DNA of 64,000 nt from the human T2T-CHM13v2.0 reference genome, Homo sapiens: the NCBI RefSeq assembly GCF_009914755.1, contig NC_060932.1. The stretch is one strand, 5' to 3'. Below are positions 47,577-61,219 of the stretch, in pieces. The notes under the pieces are model-generated. The model searched no databases and was not told where the DNA came from. It was given only the letters and a program-made list of their open reading frames with translations. A program made the position numbers and the translations under genes. Position 1 is the first letter of the stretch. Each line of letters starts with the position of its first letter.

Positions 47577-49583
47577 CATAGTATAGCCTGTTTTTGATAT
47601 AGATTTTTCAATCTTATTAATTTTTGGTAAAATCCATGTGTTCGTTACTGCTAGAAGGGAAATTTTATTTCAGAGAAGAAAAACAATCCATTCCCCTAAT
47701 TATGAGAGCTCCTAGGTGACCTTGGTAGGTTTAAATCCAAGTCTAACTCTATGACTTTTACTCTCATTTAGAAATTGAGGGTAGACACTGGACCTTGTAA
47801 TTTTCCTAACACTGTTTCACTTTTCAACAGTAATAGATTCAAAATGCATTAGGTTGAACTAAACATTATCAGAGCTTAAGTTAAAAGAAGTTTTCTAAAC
47901 AATTACCATATATTTATTGCTTTCCACATATTAATGACATCCATTAATTTGTTCATGCATGCAGTCATGACTGTATTCATTTGTGACAATCAAATTAGAA
48001 AACATATAAAGGCTCTTAGCAAACTAAAATAGTATACAAATATGTATGTTATTATTATACCTATTTCTACATAATTAATACCTATATGGTTAATGCCCGG
48101 TTAGTTGACACAGGAAATGCTATGAAGAGGTCATTGATAATTTGGTCAGAGCAAAACATGGCTAGTTATTGACTCTTACATCATATGTAGAATTGCTATA
48201 GCTGAGAAGGACAGAATAAAAGCAGGGAAGTAAGGATATGAAGACAGCGAGTTGGAGAACATTTGATTTAGAAATAAGACATTGAAAAGAATGCAATAAT
48301 TAAATTTGAGATGGCTACTATGAGGATTCAGGAAAGGAATCATTAAAATATTAGGAGGAAAATAAGTTTTCAGAGATGCAGTGTTTGCTGTGAAAAAGTC
48401 ACATATTGTAGTTCTGGAGTAAGCCAGGTAAATGTGGGTCTCTGATATTCACTAAAAACCTTTTCTTCAAAAAAAAGCCAATGTTTTCTGGATATATAAA
48501 AAAGTCACTAAATTATTTAATATTTCGTCACCATAGGATCTATAGTACATGTGAAAAAATATATTCGAAACAAAAAAAGTGAATTAGATATCTTGTTTAA
48601 AATTACACAATTTTGAAATAGATTCTGACTAAATAATCATTTGGTAATCTTTTGACACTAAAATTTTAGATGCTGAGAATAAGCTCAGCTGGAACTACTG
48701 AGTCTTCAAATTAGAAAATGTCATGTTAATAAATCAGAAAGTAAGAAAAAATGGTTATAATTATTATGAGGTAACATCTGTGTCAGGGTTGAAGCTAGTA
48801 AACTCTTATTCTAAAATAGAATATTCTCAGTATTTTATGTTTCTGTTGAGCTATCAGACACATATTTTTTGAAAACTTTTCTGAGTTGAACACAGAATCA
48901 AACTGTATCCAATTTTAACTCCTAACAAAAGACATGAATGTAGCTTGGAAGTATGAGAATATACTTTGGATTCTTAGATTTTAAAATAGAGAAATAAGAT
49001 GTTTAAGGTAAGTATTTTAACGTTTAACCCAACCTCTGTTCTAGAGTTGAATTTTTTCCCTGCCATCCATTTTTTAATAATATTGATTCCTTCTGTTTGT
49101 TGTCTGATGAACGTAGTAATGTCAAGTCTTACAAGGATGGGTTGTAAATCCAACAAACTGAAAAACTGCTGACTTTGATCTGGGGAGCAATAAAGTTAAT
49201 AGCTGTGTATTCTAAATTTGACATAATGGTGTGCATCACTATCAGAAATAAATATAAAGTTTCTTAAATCAGAGCGTGAGAAGTAACCAGATTTGGCCTG
49301 CACACCAATCTAAGCAGAGTCATAGATAGGGGAAGAACACAATTGTAGCATCCATAAATAAAAAATATATATAATACTGACATTATAACATACACATTTT
49401 ACAATCTTTCCAGATGGGATAAGAACTGTTTAACAATGATTCTAAATACAGTGGCATGATTATCAGCATTGTTTAAGACATACAAACTTCAAATTTGGAA
49501 TAATGAAAAAAGTGAAAACTTTTCATTATTCGACATAAAATAAATGGTCCTTCTCATGATTAGTTATCTTTACCCTCAACTCT

Positions 49584-49883
49584 TCTTTTTTTTTTTTTTT
49601 TTTTTTACATGATCTTGCCATGTTTCAGGCCAGAGCGCAGTATTGCTATCTCTGCTCGCTGCAGTCTCAACCCCCAGGGCTCAAGTGATTCTCCCGCCTC
49701 AGCCTTCTAAACAGCTGGGACCACAGGCATGTTCCACCCAGTCCAGCTAATTTTTGTATTTTTTGTAGAGAGAGGGTCTCCGTATGTTTCCTAGCATGGC
49801 CTCAAATCCCTGGGCTCAAACGATCTACCCACCTTGGCCTCCCAAAGTGCTGGGATTAGAAGTGTGAGCCACTGCACCTGGCT
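49584..49883 (-). mobile_element. AluJ
   Basis: Poly-T; GGGCTCAAGTGATTCTCCC; CTGGGCTCAAACGATC. Confidence 0.88.
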
Positions 49884-51975
49884 CAACTACTCTTAAACGT
49901 AAGTAATCCAGCTGTCCTCTTGTTTCAATATCACATTTCAAGTACTCATTTAAGACTTAAAGGGTTGGAAACTTCTAAGCTGCTTCTTTTACATTTCACT
50001 GATGCCTTTCAAAAATTTGGGACAACTATGGGCAACTTAACTATATTTGCATGTGAATTCCTCTGATTTGGGAGGAACACTATTCATAAATAATTGTCAT
50101 GCTGTGATTTTAAGAAACCACCACTCAAGTGTACACATTCTAGACATAAATGCATAAAGTTTTAAAACGTGGTCCTGTAATATTTCAGAGGATATATCTT
50201 CATTTAAAAATGTCTGACAGACAATATGGGACATAGATTAATAGTCAGTAGTTGGAATTGAGAATGAAAGAATTTGTCAGAAGTTTACCTAAGACCAATT
50301 AAAAATTATTTTACCTTTGTAGGCAGTCCTGCACTTGGTCTTTAAATTTTCTCCAAGTTTTGGTTCCTATTCTTCCTGACTATCCAGGAGACAAAGTTTT
50401 AACAATTAGAACTACTATGATCACTCACAGGTTCACCAAACTTTCCATTATCTTCTGCGGGGGCTGTCTTTCAAATCGCCAATTTTCATCAAACCTGTGA
50501 TGTAAACTTTTGGTTTCTACTCCTGGGCTGCTGGGGCCAGTGAAAGACAGTGACATGCTACAGGGTCTGCACTACAAATTTATTATTTCCAATTTAATTG
50601 AGGCCCCTTAAGAGGCCAATCTCTTTACTTGTTATTTATCCCTTCAGTATCTAATCTAAGCTTTTTGGTAATCTCTTCAAGCTCCAATCAAACTTCACTT
50701 TTCCTTTACACTTAGCAAAATATCAAATTTCATGCCTTCCTGAGAAAAATGAGATTAAGAAACTTGACCTTCCTCCAGATACGGACTCAAAGATTACACA
50801 CTTCCCTAGATATGCTTTCGTAAGCCTTGCCACTAATGCCAGAGGGTGACTTTATCCCTACAACTCCTGCTGTTCAGAGATAAATAACATATTCCCTTCT
50901 GTCCTGAATTCTACCGCTTTCTGTAGCCTCGTAAGTCTTTCCAATCAACTGTGCTCTTTCTTGATTTTTTTTTTCAATTTTCTACTTCTTCCAGCACCTT
51001 CTCCTTGGTTTATGAAAACGTCTTAATAAAAGTAAGCAAATAAATATTTTAAAATTAAAATTTCTTTAGTTGACATTCTCCTCATTCTATTTCACTCTTT
51101 TTTTGTTTTCATTCTTGCCACCACATGATTTCTCAATCAACTGCAATGTGCCTTCACCCTCATCATCAGAGAAAATGTTCTAAAGTCACCACTGAGCCTA
51201 AAATCACTCATTAAAAATTTCTCCTCTTTTAACTTCTGTTTCTGCTCCCATACCATTGAACTTTCTTTCTCAGCCAATTTCACTATCTATTTTTTGGTTT
51301 ATGTTTTGCTTTACTTTTCACAAAATGCTGTCTGCCCATGCAAGTTCAGGGATTTCATGATTCTTAGAAGCACTTCTATAAAAGAGGCCCCAATTCATGT
51401 CTCTAGATCCAGAGTCCACACGCTACTTCGACAGTATAAGTCGAAATTCACATACACATTTTTTCTGGATATTTTCACCTTTCAATTTCCTGAAAGTATT
51501 TTAAATTTAACATTCACAAAATTTAGTTTAAGTAGTTCAAATATAAAATGGTGGAAAAAGTAATCTTTCTAAAATCAATGGAAAACAATTTCATAAAAAG
51601 ATGACTCCACCTTTGACAAGAGAGCAATTGTAATTCCTAATTACAATCTCTAAAGATAGAATTGTCAATTTTAGTAAAATTTTTCCTTGGAGAGAAGGTA
51701 CACACAAATATTAACTCAGAAAGTTACCCCAAAATAGACATCGTATCATGAGCTCCATCAGAATTCCCTCACTTGGAAAAAAGAATCCGGCTCAGTAGTT
51801 GTGCTGCTTGCCACACATTAGATCTTTATTTTGTATTACTAACTTGAAATGAGAGAAACAAAGAGGAATAATTTTTATGTAAAGCAGGCTGCTGGAATAG
51901 TATAGTGGAGACTATGGGACCAAAACTACAATATGAACAACACAGTCTCCTCGATCTTGCAAGGAATAAAAATAA

Positions 51976-52207
51976 TAAACAATAATCTGAGCAACATAGC
52001 GAGTCCTGATTTCTACTGAATATAAAAAAAATTGCCAGGTGTGGTGATGTACACCTACAGTTCCACCTACCTGGGAGCCTGAGGCAGTAGGATTGCTTGA
52101 GCCCAGGAGTGGAAGGCTGCAGTGAGTCACGATCATGCCACTGCACTCCAGCCTAGGTGACAGAGAGAGACTTTCTCAATTAAAAAAATAAAATAAATAA
52201 AAAATAA
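51976..52207 (+). mobile_element. Partial AluJ with (AAAAT)n tail
   Basis: GGATTGCTTGAGCCCAGGAGTGGAAGGCTGCAGTGAG. Confidence 0.85.
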
Positions 52208-52657
52208 TGTGAGGGATCTGTTAGAGTGGTGGGAAAAACTACAGGGAAAGGATGCAAACCTGCTGAAAGGTGGGAAGGTTCTGCAGAGCCCTGGGGGAGA
52301 ATAGCTGAAGGCGGCTGTTCTATAACCCTGAGGCAGAGGGCAAGGATTAGGAACAAGGCAGTATGGGGGGATTTATCTTAAACAGGCTTGTTTACTTATG
52401 TTGACCAGGAACTGACCTTTGAACATCCCGCGTGCGCATGAGACTCCCTGAAAGGGGAACAAGAAATGTTAATTACCTACAGGTTGTGTGGGCTCCAGGT
52501 TTTCAGCATTGTGCCTGCACTGAATAAAAGCAAGTTCTCCGGACTGCTGCTCTCTGGTCACTGGAGCCAGGCAGTCACCTAGTAGCTCTTACACTGCATA
52601 CCTATGTCTGAGTACTCATTTCATCCATTGGCCAGGGTCTGTGGGACAGACCCGGCA
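52208..52657 (+). mobile_element. LTR22-family solo LTR (HERV-K HML-5)
   Basis: TG...CA; gtggtgggaaaaactacagggaaag; AATAAA; ends gggtctgtgggacagacccggCA. AAATAA duplicated on both sides. Confidence 0.8.
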
Positions 52658-52675
52658 AAATAAAAATAATTATAG

Positions 52676-53032
52676 TGCTGTGATTTGAATGTCTCCTCCA
52701 GAACTCACGTTGGAGTTTAATTGCCATTGCACCATGGTTAACAGGTGGAGCCTTTAAGAGGTGATATTAGATCACGAAGGCTCTATCCCCATGAATGAAT
52801 TAATGCTGTTAGCATGGAAGTTTAGCGCCCCTTTTCTCTTTGTCTCTCACATGTTCTCTTGCCATGTGATACTTCTGCTTTGGAATGACCCTCGCCAGAT
52901 GTCAGCACCATGGTCTTGGACTTCCCAGCTCCAGAACTGTGACCCAAATAAACTTCTATTGTTTATAAATTACCCAGTTTGTGATATTCTCTTACAGCCA
53001 AAAAAAAAAAAAAAAAAAAAAGCACTAAGACA
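52676..53032 (+). mobile_element. MaLR LTR (MST family)
   Basis: tgctgtgatttgaatgt...ttggacttcccagctccagaactgtga...ataaattacccagt...ctaagaca. Confidence 0.85.
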
Positions 53033-53213
53033 CATGGAAAGACAGAGCTTTAGTTAAAGCCAAGGAGGTTTAGAAAAACTAGACTATTGCAAAGTGATAC
53101 CTAAGGCTGATTGTTGTTAAATTTAGAGAACACAGAATGAAGCATATGAGATATAAAGGGCACTTCACTCTCCTGACCCCTTCTTAATGCCATCTTTTAA
53201 AAAATATTTAACA

Positions 53214-53373
53214 GGGATAGCATTGGGAGATATACCTAATGCTACATGACGAGTTAGTGGGTGCAGCGCACCAGCATGGCACATGTATACATATGTAACT
53301 AACCTGCACAATGTGCACATGTACCCTAAAACTTAAAGTATAATTAAAAAAAAAAATTTAAAAAAAAAAAAAA
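53214..53373 (+). mobile_element. Young L1 (L1PA2-like) extreme 3' fragment with poly-A
   Basis: gggatagcattgggagatatacctaatgc...tgacGAGttagtgggtgcagcgcacc...cacaatgtgcac...aaacttaaagtataat. Confidence 0.9.
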
Positions 53374-54136
53374 GAAAATCCCCCATTCAATGATAAGTTA
53401 TATCTGGAAGGGGTTCAACGTGGATGCATGTAAGTACTACAAGAAAAAGCACTGACAGAACCATGGAAACAAATGGCAGATGAATATGAAAAAAATTCAT
53501 GAGAAAATGGGTGAATATTATGAATAAGCATTACTCCAACAAATCAAATAAATTAAAGAAAACCTGTTATCTGAAACAAAAGCTCAAATAAGAGACACAA
53601 AACCTCAAAGAAGAGAGTTATTTTAAACAACAAATAGTAATCTGCCATAAATCAGTGAGAAAATGATTTAAAAATCAAGCCTATTCTAGAAAAGAGGAGA
53701 AATATGAAGACATTCCACAGATAGCACAGTTAATCACAGGGAGAAGAATCTGGCCAAAATAAATGAGTGAAGAGCAGGGAGTTAAAACTACATACAACAT
53801 AGAGATAATTAGTATCCCTAAGAAGTAAAACAATAGAACAAATCAAATGGTCAAAACATTCAGTCTTTTGAAACTAAAAATAGAAATCTATAATTTATAA
53901 TGGTCATTTTGCAGAGGAAGTATTGAATAAACAATGAATGTCAATGAAGATCAATATAGTTAATTACTGGTCATGGTAATTAACTATAAAAGTAGCAATT
54001 CTATAGGATACCCAGTTGAAAAATCAAGTCACGTATTAAAGAGGGAAAAAGCAAATTTTCCACTTCCCCTTTAATGCTGAAATAACAGTAAAGCAATGTC
54101 TTCAGAGTCCTCAGTGAAATTACTGTGACTCAATGA

Positions 54137-54204
54137 TTTTTTTAAATTTAATTTTATTATTATTATACTTTAAGTTTTAGGGTACATGTGCATGTACCCT
54201 AAAA
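54137..54204 (-). mobile_element. Minute L1 3'-end insertion ending in a perfect hairpin
   Basis: T-rich tail plus tatactttaagttttagggtacatgtgca, then an inverted copy tgtaccctaaaa. Confidence 0.85.
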
Positions 54205-54438
54205 GTATATAAAGAGTATATAAACAGATTTTTATACTCTTCCCAGTTGTTACTGGTTGTAAAGGAGATAGATATTTTCACAAACGCAGAAATTCAAGAA
54301 CCCTGAGATATATGTATAATTCGAAAATACCTGCGCCCCCACAAAATGCCCTAAATGAAGGGGACATAAGGTAAAAGTTGTAAAATTTCTTATCAGTAAA
54401 TAAAACAAATAAAAAAAACTATATCACTGACAACATAA

Positions 54439-54795
<357 letters not shown>

Positions 54796-55102
54796 GTACA
54801 ACCATAATACTTCTTTAAAAGCAGTCTTTATAGTCACACTCTAGTTTCTCTTATCATATACTTTTAAAAAACCCAGACTTATTAGATATAAATTACATAC
54901 TAGAAAATTCCCGTTTTAAATATTTATCTGATTTTTAATAAATTTACTGTATTGCATAACTATCACCACAATCTAATTTCAGAACATTTCTGTTACCTCT
55001 CTGTAACTCTAACTGCTGGTTTACAGTTAATTCTCATTCCTACTCATTCCCAGCAACCAATAATCAATTTTCTGTCTCTATAAATTTGTCCTTTCTGGGT
55101 AT

Positions 55103-58100
55103 TTTTTTTAACTTTTAAGTTCAGGGATACATGTGCAAGTTTGTTACACAGGTAAACTTGTGTCCTGGGGGTCTGTTGTACAGATCATTTCATCATCCAT
55201 GTATCAAGCCTAATACCCCCTAGTTATTTTTCCTGATCCTCTCTCTCCTCTTATCCTCCACCCTCCAATGGTCCCCAGTGTGTGTTGTTTCCCTCTATGT
55301 GTCCATGTGCTCTCATTGTTTAGCTCCCACTTACAAGTGAGAATATGCGGTATTTGGTTTTCTGTTCCTGCATTAGTTTGCTAAGGATAATGTCCTCCAG
55401 CTCCATCCATGTGCTTGCAAACGACATGATCTTGTTCTTTTGTTAAGGCTGCATAGTATTCCATGATGTATATGTAACACATTTCCTTTATCCAGTCTAT
55501 CATTAATGGGCATTTAGGTTGATTCCATGTCTTTGCTACTGGGAATAGTGTTGCAATGAACATGCGTGTCTGTATGTCTTTATAACTGAACAATTTATAT
55601 TCCTTTCAGTATATACTCAGTAACAGAATCTTTGGGTTGAATGGTATTTCTGTCTTTAGGTCTTTCAGGAATTGCCACAGTGTCTTCTACAATGGTTTAA
55701 CTAATTTATACTCCCACCAACAGTGTAAAAGCGTTAATTTTTCTCCAAAACCTTGCCAGCATCTGTTATTTTTTTACTTTTTAGTAATAGCCATTCTGAC
55801 TGGTGCTAGATGGTATCTCATTATGGTTTTGATTTGTATTTCAAAAGGTCAGTTTTTGATTTTGTATTTCAAAAGATCAGTTTTTGATATTGTATTTCCA
55901 AAGATCAGTTTCTGATTTTGTATTTCAAAAAATCAGTGATGTTGATCTTTTTTTTTGTATGACGTTGGCTACACATATGTCTTCTTTTGAGAAGTGTCTG
56001 TTCATGTCCTTTGTGTACTCCTTAATGGGGTTATTTGTTTTTTTCTTGCCTTTTTTTTTCCTGTTTAAATTCTTCATAGATGCTGGATATTAGACCTTTG
56101 TCAGATGCATAGTTTGCCAAATTTTTTCCCATTCTGTAGGTTGTCTGTTCACTCTGATGATAGTTTATTTTGCTGTGCAGAAGCTTCTTAGCTTAATTAG
56201 ATCCCATTTGTCAATTTTTGCTTTTTTTGCAATTGGTTTTGGAATCTTCCTCATGAAATCTTTGACCATATCTATGTCCTAAAAGGTATTGCCTAGGTTT
56301 GTTTCTAGGTTTTTTATAGTTTTGAGTTTTACATTTAAGTCTTTAATCCATCTTGAGTTAATTTTTGTACATAATGTAAGAAAGGGGTCCAGTTTCAATT
56401 TTCTGCATACGGCTTGCCAGTTATCACAGCACCATTTATTTCCCCATTGCTAATTTTTGCCGGGTTTCTTGAAGACCAGATAGTTGTAGGTGTCTGGTCG
56501 TATTTCTGTGTTCTTTATTCTGTTCCATTGGTCTATGTGTCTGCTCTTATACCAGTACCATGCTGTTTTAGTTACTGTAGCCCTGTAGAATAGTTTAGGT
56601 AAGGTATTGTGATGTCTACATCTTTGTTCTTTTTGCTTAGAATTGCCTTGACTATTTGAGCTCTTTTTTGGTTCTATATAAATTTTAAAATGATTTTTTC
56701 TACTTCTGTGAAGAATGTCAATGGTAGTTTAAAGGGAATAACTTGAATCTATAAATTGCTTTGGGCAATATGGCCATTTTCACAATATTGATTTTTCCTA
56801 TACATGAGCATGGAATGTTTTTCTATTTGTTTGTGTCATCTATCATTTATTTGAGCAGTGGTTTGTAGTTCTCCTTGTAGAAGTCCTTTATGTCCCTTCT
56901 TAGCTATGTTCCTAGGTATTTTGTTCTTTTTGTGGCAATTGTGAATGGGAGTTAATTCATCATTTGGATCTGAGCTTGACTGTTGTTGCTGAATAGGAAT
57001 GCTAGTGAGTTTCTTACATTGATTTTGTATTCTGAGACTTTGCTGAAGTTGCTTATCAGCTTAAGAAGCTTTGGGGCTGAGTTGTTGGGGTTTTCTAGAT
57101 ATAGGATTATGTCATCTGCAAACAAGGATAGTTTGACTTCCTCTCTCTTCCTGTTTGAATACCTTTATTTCTTTCTCTTGCTTGATTGCCCCGGCCAGAA
57201 TTTCCGATACTGTTTTGAAAGGAGTGGTGAGAAATGGCATCTTTGTCTCATGCCTGTTTTCAAGGGGAATGCTTCCAGCTTTTGCCTATTCAGTATGATA
57301 TTGGCTGTTGGTTTTTCACATATGGCTCTTTTCATTTTGAGGTATGTTCCTTCGATACCTAGTTTATTGAAAATTTTTAACATGAAGGGATGTTGAATTT
57401 TATCAAAAGCCTTTTTTTGCATCCATTGAGATGATCAAGTGGTTTTTGTCATTACTTCTGTTATGTGATGGATCACTTTTAATAATTTCTGTATGTTGAA
57501 CCAAACTTGCATCCCAGGGATGAAGCCTACTCGTTCATGGTGGATAAGATTTTTAGTGTGCTTTTGGATTGGGTTGCCAGTACTTAGTTGAGGATTTTTG
57601 CATTAATGTTCAGTAAGGATATTGGCCTGAAGTTGTCTGTTTTTCCTGGATCTCTGAAGTTGTCTTTTTTGTTGTATCTCTACCAGGTTTTGTTTAAGAT
57701 GATGCTGGCCTCATAGAATGAGTTAGGAAGGAATCCCTCCTTTTCAACTTTTTGGAATAGTTTCAGTAGGAATGGTACCAGCTCTTCTTTGTACCTATGG
57801 TAGAATTCAGCGTGGAATCCATCTGGCTATGGGCCTTTTTTTGGCTGTTCAGGATTTCCATTTCTTCCTGGTTCTGCCTTGGGAGGGTATATGTATCCAG
57901 GAATTTATCCATTTCTTCTAGGTTTTCTAGTTTATGTGCATAGAAGTGTTTATAGTATTTTCTGACTGTCGGTTTGTATTTCTGTGGGTTAAGTGGTAAT
58001 ATCCCCTTTATCATTTGTGATTGTGTTTATTTGAATCTTCTCTCTTTTTATTAGGCTAGCTAGCAATGTATTTTGTTATCATTTTCTTTAAAAAAAATCA

Positions 58101-61068
58101 GCTCCTGAATTTGTTGATCCTTGGAATAGTTTTTCATGTCTCCATCTCCTTCAATTCAGCTCTGATTTTGGTTATTTGTTGTCTTCTGAAAGCTGTGGGT
58201 TTTGTTTGCTCTTGGTTCTCTAGTTCTTTTAGTTGTGAGGTTAGATTGTTAACTTGACATCTTTCTAGCTTTCTGATGTCGGCATTTAGTACTGTAAATT
58301 TTCCTCTTAACCCTGCCCTAGCTGTGTCCCAGAGATTCTGGTACATGCCAGCATCCAGGCATCAGAGAACCCAAGTTGACCAGGAGTGGAATGGTACCCA
58401 ACACAGCACAACTGCTCTATGAAATTGTGGCTAGATTGCTTCTTTCAGCAGGCCCCCAATACCATTCCTCCTGACTGTGTGAGACCTCCCAACTTGGGTG
58501 TCCAGCCACCTCCTACAGGTATGTTCAGGCTGGCAACAGGTCCATACCCTGCTAAGATGGAGTTCCCAGAGGAAAGGGCAGGCTGCCATGTTTGCTGTTT
58601 CACAGGCTTCACTGGTGATGCTTCTAGGGACTGAAAAATCCAAGGCAACAAGGGTTCTGTCTTCTCATCAGTTTCAAATAACTTACTGATTTCTGCCTTA
58701 ATTTCATCATTTACCCAAAAGTCATTGAGGAGTGGGTTGTTCAATTTCCACGTAGTTTTATGGTTTTGAGTGAATTTCTTATTCTTGAGTTCTAATTTGA
58801 TTGTGCTGTGGTCTCAGAGACTGTTATGATTTCAGTTCTTTTGCATTTGCTTAGGACTGTTTTACTTCCAATTACATGATCAATTTTAGAGTATGTTCAT
58901 GTAGCAATGAGAAGAATGTATATTTTGTTGTTTTGGGAGAAGAATTCTGTAAATACTTATTAGGTCCATATGCTCGAGAGCTGAATTCAGGTCCTGAATA
59001 TCATTGGAAATTTTCTGTCTTGACGATCGGTCTAATATTGTCAGTGGGATGTTAAAGTCTTCCACTGTTACTATGTGGCAGCCTAAGTCTCTTTGAAGGT
59101 CTCTAAGGATTTGCCTTATAAGTCTGGGTGCTCCTGGGTTGAGCGCATATATATTTAGTATAGTTAGGTCTTCCTGTTGAATTGAACCCTTTACCATTAT
59201 ATAATGCCCTTCTTTGTCTTTCTTAATCTTTGTTGGCTTAATGTCTGTTTTGTCAGAAACTAGGAGTGCAATCCCTTTTTTTCTGTTTGCCATTTGCTTG
59301 GTAAATTTTCCTCCATCCCTTTATTTTGAGTCTGTATGTATCTCTGCATGTGAGATGAGTCTCCTGAAGACAGGATACCAATGGGTCTTGATTCTTTATC
59401 CAGCTTGCAACACTGTCTTTTAATTGGGGCTTTTAGCTCACTTACATTTAAGGTTAGTATTGATATGTGTGGATTTGATCCTGTCATCATGATGCTAGCT
59501 GGCTATTTGGAAGACTTGTACCTGTGGTTTCTTTGTAGTATCACTGGTCTGTGTACTTCAGTGTGTTTTCGTAGTGGTTGGTAATAATTTTTCCCTTCTA
59601 TATTTAGTGTTTCCTTCAGGCGATTTTGTAAGGCAGCTCTGGTGGTGACAAATTCCCTCAGCATTTGCTTGTCTGAAAAAGATCTTATTTTTCCTTTTCT
59701 TATGGGCTTCCTTTCATAGGTGACCTGGGCTTTCTCTCTGGCTGCCCTTAACATTTTTTCTTCCGTTTTGATCCTGAAGAATTTGATGATTATGTGTCTT
59801 GAGGATGATCTTCTCATGGAGTATTTTACTGGGGTTCTCCACATTTCCTGAATTTGAATGTTGACCTGTACAGCTAGGTTATGGAAGTTCTTGATGATAT
59901 CTTGAAATATGTTTTCCAAATTGATTCCATTCTCCTCACTTCTTTCACGTACCCCAGTCTGTTGTAGAGTTGGTCTCTTTACATAATTTCATATTTCTTG
60001 GAGGTTTTGTTCATTTCTTTTCGTTCTTTTTTCTATTTCTTTTTTCTCTATTCTTTCAATTCTTTCATTCTTTTTTCTCTATTCTTGTCTCTATTCTTGT
60101 CTGCCTGTCTTATTTCAGAAAGTCTTCAAGCTCTGAGATTCTTTCCTCTGCTTGGTCTATTCTGCTGTTGATACTTGTGATTGCATTGTGAAGTTCTTAT
60201 AGTGCGTTTTTAAGCTCCATCAGGTCAGTTATGTTCTTCTCTATACTGGGTATTTTGGCTGTCAGCTTCTGCATTGCTTCATCATAATTTTTAGCTTCCT
60301 TGCATTGGGTTTAAATCATTGTGCTCTTTTAGCTCATCAAAGTTCATTTTTATCCACATTCTGAAGTCTATTTCTGTCATTACAGCCATCTTAGCCTCAG
60401 TCCAGTTCCAAACCCTTGCTGGGGAGGTGCCGCATCATTTGGAGGAAAGAAGGCACTCTACCTTTTTGAGTTTTTGGCATTTTTGTGCTCATTCTTTCTC
60501 ATCTTTGTGAACTTATCTACCTTCAGTCTTTGAGGTTGCTTTCCTTTGGACAGCATTTTTTTTTTCTTTTAACAGTCAGGCAACTTTACCATAGGGCTAC
60601 TGTGGTTTGCTAGTGTTGCACTCCAGACACTATTTGCCTTGGATTTTCCAGTACCTAGAGGTATCACCAACGAAGTCTGTGAAACAGCAAAGATGGCAGC
60701 CTGCCTCCTTCTTTGGGAACTCCTTCCCAGCAAGGTATGGACCTGTTGCCAGCCCAAACACACCTGTAGGAGGTGGCTGGAGAGCCCAGTGGGGAGGTCT
60801 CACCCAGTTAGAAGAAATGGGATAGGGGTTCAGCAGAAAGAAGCAATCTAGCCACAATTTTGTAGAGCAACTCTGTTGTACTGGGTACTGCTCTGCCCTT
60901 GGTCAGATTGGGCTCTCCAAAGCCAAGAAGCTGGTATGGCTAAATTGCCAAAACAGCAAAGATGGTGGCCCACTCCTCCCTCTAGAAGCTCTGTCCCAGG
61001 AAGTTTTAAAATCTCTATTGGCCAGAGAACATCAACAGGCATGGCTGGAAGCCCCAGTTGGGAAGTCC
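55103..61068 (-). mobile_element. Near-full-length old L1PA (about PA13-15), decayed ORF1/ORF2, inserted into an older L1M 3' fragment
   Basis: 3' end ttttaagttcagggatacatgtgc. ORF2 remnants in the track (55381, 57165, 57763, 58134, 58886, 59260) and ORF1 remnant (59503). TSD CCT(T/C)TCTGGGTATTT at about 55090-55104 and 61068-61082. Confidence 0.93.
55826..55937. repeat. 28-bp minisatellite x4 inside L1 ORF2 (GTTTTTGATTTTGTATTTCAAAAGATCA)
   Basis: Read directly. Confidence 0.9.
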
Positions 61069-61219
61069 CTCTCTGGGTATTTAATATAAACAAATTATAA
61101 ACTATGTAGTATTTTTCATCTTTTTCACTTAGCAAAACTAAAAAGAAATTATTCATGTTGAAACAAATATCAGTAATATACTCCTTTTTATTGTTATATA
61201 GTGTTCCAGTGTATGAAAA

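Noticed and set aside
58431-60851. Pair of similar 70-aa ORFs as a novel duplicated microprotein family
   Set aside because: Both are antisense translations of L1 5'UTR DNA with non-ATG starts; the DNA-level inverted copy explains the similarity.
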